From positions 128,001 to 192,000 of the forward strand of contig CBDBHR010000029.1 of assembly GCA_965205865.1 (NCBI GenBank): a DNA stretch of 64,000 bases, read 5' to 3'. Of this stretch, positions 60,877 through 64,000 are shown piece after piece. The stretch is from a bacterium (GTDB lineage: Bacteria > SAR324 > NAC60-12). A model generated the notes under the pieces. The model did no database searches. It saw nothing but the letters and a program-made list of their open reading frames with translations, and was not told the DNA's origin. Each line of letters opens with the position of its first letter. Position 1 is the stretch's first letter. The position numbers were made by a program, and so were the translations under genes.

Positions 60877-63800
60877 TTACTCCATCACGATCCTCACTTT
60901 TCCTGATTCCTTGCCTTTGGTGAGTTCGTCCAGGTACTGCTCGAAGCGTTTCTTCATTTCCGCTGGCGTTGCCGGTGCACCCCCGGAGAGAAGAGTGGCG
61001 CGCAGGTCATCGAACCGCAGCGGCACCTTCCGGAGACCGGAAAGCGCTTCGCTGAGGGCATGGATGAAATTCTGGTCGAGTTCGTCCGGCAAAACCTGCT
61101 TCTCGATGAAGTCGTTCAACAACTCCCTGGATTCGGGTTGGAGCAGGTGCAGGTTCTCCCTGGTGGTGGAGTCTTCCAGATTGTTCAGTATTGTCCAGGT
61201 CCAGTTGGCCAGCAGTTTGTCCAACTCGTCCTCCAAACCATCAAGGATCGTTCCGCCAGGGGCGGCAGGTGATTCCGCACCCGGTTTGTAGTTGCAGTGC
61301 GGGCAGATGGGCGAGACGATCATCTCCTGTTCGGTCAGGGCAAAGCAACTCTGCAATCCGGCCAGACGATTTTGAAAGCCGGTCAATTGTTGACTGGGCA
61401 TCAAATCGATGGAGGACAGTTTCTGCAGCACCTTGAGCCGTTCGTCTCCCATCAGTCTGGTCTTGCGCTCGTCGTCGTTCACGCCCAGCCGGGCCCTGGC
61501 GTGTAACTCCAGGTAGATCCGTACGTAGGCTTTCTTGAGTTCGCTCATTTCGCGCCGGGTCTGCTGCGGGAACATCGATGCGCCGCGCCTGTCAGGATCG
61601 ATGAGTTGATCAAGGACTGCGTCTCGTACGGCTTTCATCTTGTCCACCCATTCGTGCTCTGCGGACAGCACCGCTTCCGCAGTGGAAAGGAATGAGGCGG
61701 TGGTAGCGAGATCGGCCACCAGTGACTGGAGGGATTCAACTTCCTGCAGCGCATCGAGCCCGTCCCGGTGCGTGACGACGTCCTCATCGCTGTAACGAAG
61801 GTTCTTGAGCTTGCCGGGCGAATTGTAGACCTGCAGTGATTCCAGGAAATTCTTGGTCTCGTCAAACCGCTTGCCGAGTTCCCGCACCTCTTCCTGGCTC
61901 AGCAGGTTGCGTCCCCAGCAGGACAACCCACTTTGCAGACTCTGCTGCGCGAACACCAGTTTTTCTACATGCCTGGAAATGGCTTGCTGCAATTCCCGGA
62001 CGGGTTCATCTTTGCTCTGGGTGACCAACTGCCCCATACCGGGCGTGAGAGCAAGCAGTTCGAACAAGGCTTTGATCGCCGGGAGATTCCAGTCCCTGGG
62101 CCGTTCTATGTGTTTGAATTTGGTGAGTTCATTCAGGCCGGTCCCCGCCAACTGCGGCAGGTTGGTAGCGTCGAACTTCATGCCAGGGACGGCGAGAACC
62201 AGATCGCCTGAATAGACCAGGGCGGCCAGCACAACCACGACCCATTCCGGTTCCAGACGCAGCTGGTCTTTGTCCATATACTCCACACCCTTGTCGTCGT
62301 GAATCAACTCGGAGCGATTGACCACCTGACCGTGTCCTTTCTTTCTGAACAGCCCGAGGACGTGCCCGGCATACTTCGATTGGTCGAGATCGAAGCGTTC
62401 GCCGTCGAGCAGTTCCAGGGCATCGAGTACCGCTGTAGCCTGCCTGGTTCGCTTCTGGCCTGCGATAGCGCGCAAGGCGTCTTGCGCGGCCTGGTCCCGG
62501 TTGTCGCTGGTGATGAGCACCGAAAAGGAAGGATATTCAGGTGCCTGATCCTGGAAATGGGTTCCCAGACAAATGCCGGCGATGGTATTGACCATATCGC
62601 GGAGGTTGATACGTTCATGAGAGTCGATGCCGGACAGTTGCCGGATCGACTGACCTCTGGCCCATTCCGTGAGCGATCTGGCGCGCCCCTGGTAGGTAAC
62701 CTCGAAGGCATCGGCCATGCGCATTTGCAGCCATTGCTGCAAACTCCGCAGAAAAAGGGATGACTTGGATTGATAGGTGGAGCTGGCATACCCCGATGAG
62801 GTGGAAGACAGGTCCAGGGATGCCGCATAGTTCCTGAGAGCGGTACGGAAATCGTCGTCCATGTTGCTCAGTCTCAGGAACAACTCGTCGGAGTTCTTTT
62901 CATCCTTGAAGTGCGGAGCATCGAAGGGTTGGATGAAATAGAGGTAGAAATCCCGGGGTGGAACGACGGTGGAACGTTCGTTGGGCGCACCAAAAAAGAG
63001 GTATCCCTGACGCGAGACTTTTCTCTCCAACCATTCCAACTCATGCTGCCAGATCTTGTAACCGGTCACGTAGGTCTGGTCCGTACATTCCATGACCCTT
63101 TTCAAGGCCTCGTAGTAGTAGCGATCCAGTTGAAAGGAGTCGAGGCTCTCCGCCCGTTTTTCGACCAGCGCGTCGAAGTCGTCGGTCTTTTTCAGGTCGA
63201 GATAGAACTGCTGGTTGTCCGGGTTCGAGGAGATGAATTGCCCGCTGACCGTCCTGTGGATCTCACGCAAGACGGTTTCCACCTGGGAGAGCAGATCATC
63301 GGCCGGATCGCCACCCAGTTCTTCGATGCCCGGTTGATAGAGGCAGAGCCCGTCCCGTAGCTCCCGGGCAGTCGCGCCCAGAGAAGCGTATATGTCGCCG
63401 GTTGTCAGCCGGTGGACCGACAGGGCATGGATGATCCGTAATGCCATGGGCTTGTAAGCCGGACGCGTGAAGACCTGCCGGATGCGGGATTCCAGCACCC
63501 GGCTGCAGTCGATGACCGCCCTGATATCCGGAACAGCGCGGAACGAAGGGTTCTCCCGTAAATTGGTCCAATACCCGTCGTAGGCGATGAGCCCGGGTCG
63601 ATCGTTCGGCATGTCCTGGTCGAGCATATTTTTCATGGCCGACGAGAGCGTCTTCAAAACCTCACGCTTCTCCACGGCAGTCACTCGCTCGAAGGTGTCG
63701 ACGTAGTCCGGATGTACCGGAAAGAGGCGGACAAACTCATCCATGCGTTCGTTCATGAGTCCGTAAAATTTGCCGAAGGGTGTCAGGTACTCGCGTATCT

Positions 63801-64000
63801 TGGTCTGCTGTTCACCGGTCTTCTTGAGCAGCCGTTCTGCTACCACGAATTTGATATCGCTACGGACGATAAGAACCTGCTCAAAGCGATCCTTCACCCG
63901 GCGGATGCTGTCCGCGACGAAGGAAAAACGCGGGCTGTCGAAAATGGCTTCCTGTACTCCCGCCATGAAGCGGAAACGCAGGTCCTTGCAAACCTCACCA
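60877..64000 (-). CDS. brxC: BREX-3 BrxC-like (DUF6079) ATPase, 5' end outside window
   Basis: [44 protein letters not shown] and C-terminal CPHCNYKP; upstream of pglXI and pglZ. Confidence 0.85.
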   Translation of the reverse strand, partial: GEVCKDLRFRFMAGVQEAIFDSPRFSFVADSIRRVKDRFEQVLIVRSDIKFVVAERLLKKTGEQQTKIREYLTPFGKFYGLMNERMDEFVRLFPVHPDYVDTFERVTAVEKREVLKTLSSAMKNMLDQDMPNDRPGLIAYDGYWTNLRENPSFRAVPDIRAVIDCSRVLESRIRQVFTRPAYKPMALRIIHALSVHRLTTGDIYASLGATARELRDGLCLYQPGIEELGGDPADDLLSQVETVLREIHRTVSGQFISSNPDNQQFYLDLKKTDDFDALVEKRAESLDSFQLDRYYYEALKRVMECTDQTYVTGYKIWQHELEWLERKVSRQGYLFFGAPNERSTVVPPRDFYLYFIQPFDAPHFKDEKNSDELFLRLSNMDDDFRTALRNYAASLDLSSTSSGYASSTYQSKSSLFLRSLQQWLQMRMADAFEVTYQGRARSLTEWARGQSIRQLSGIDSHERINLRDMVNTIAGICLGTHFQDQAPEYPSFSVLITSDNRDQAAQDALRAIAGQKRTRQATAVLDALELLDGERFDLDQSKYAGHVLGLFRKKGHGQVVNRSELIHDDKGVEYMDKDQLRLEPEWVVVVLAALVYSGDLVLAVPGMKFDATNLPQLAGTGLNELTKFKHIERPRDWNLPAIKALFELLALTPGMGQLVTQSKDEPVRELQQAISRHVEKLVFAQQSLQSGLSCWGRNLLSQEEVRELGKRFDETKNFLESLQVYNSPGKLKNLRYSDEDVVTHRDGLDALQEVESLQSLVADLATTASFLSTAEAVLSAEHEWVDKMKAVRDAVLDQLIDPDRRGASMFPQQTRREMSELKKAYVRIYLELHARARLGVNDDERKTRLMGDERLKVLQKLSSIDLMPSQQLTGFQNRLAGLQSCFALTEQEMIVSPICPHCNYKPGAESPAAPGGTILDGLEDELDKLLANWTWTILNNLEDSTTRENLHLLQPESRELLNDFIEKQVLPDELDQNFIHALSEALSGLRKVPLRFDDLRATLLSGGAPATPAEMKKRFEQYLDELTKGKESGKVRIVME

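Overview
Bacterial chromosomal window. The gene mix suggests a deltaproteobacterial, SAR324-like genome, but this is inference only. 1-10 kb holds housekeeping genes (HAD hydrolase, site-2 protease, purA, proC, lpxH-like, gcvP, gcvT, an LLM oxidoreductase). It also holds a thioredoxin-fold gene split by an in-frame UGA at the CxxC position with a SECIS-like hairpin, i.e. a probable UxxC selenoprotein. 10-31 kb is accessory DNA: two paralogous peptide/nickel-type SBP-B-C ABC clusters without ATPases, each preceded by tandem RBS-ATG-hairpin units. It also carries an IS66 with an 8-bp TSD inserted into a copy of its own end, a repeated promoter plus structured-RNA module, a Y1/RAYT transposase inside 23-bp inverted repeats, an Rpn nuclease, MITE/REP-like repeats and gene relics. 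32-39.5 kb holds a NodIJ-like ABC-2 exporter, argC, a DnaC-like ATPase, hemE and small genes. 39.7-64 kb is a type 3 BREX-like locus (brxC, pglXI, pglZ, brxA). The pglXI-pglZ interval, normally brxHII, instead holds two tandem cargo cassettes: Vsr-Dcm-GHKL/histidine kinase-receiver-AlbA, and a STAND NTPase-AlbA. They are separated by a chimeric pglZ-start/pglXI-end relic that records how they were stacked. Three homopolymer frameshifts and one degraded duplication look like long-read assembly errors.
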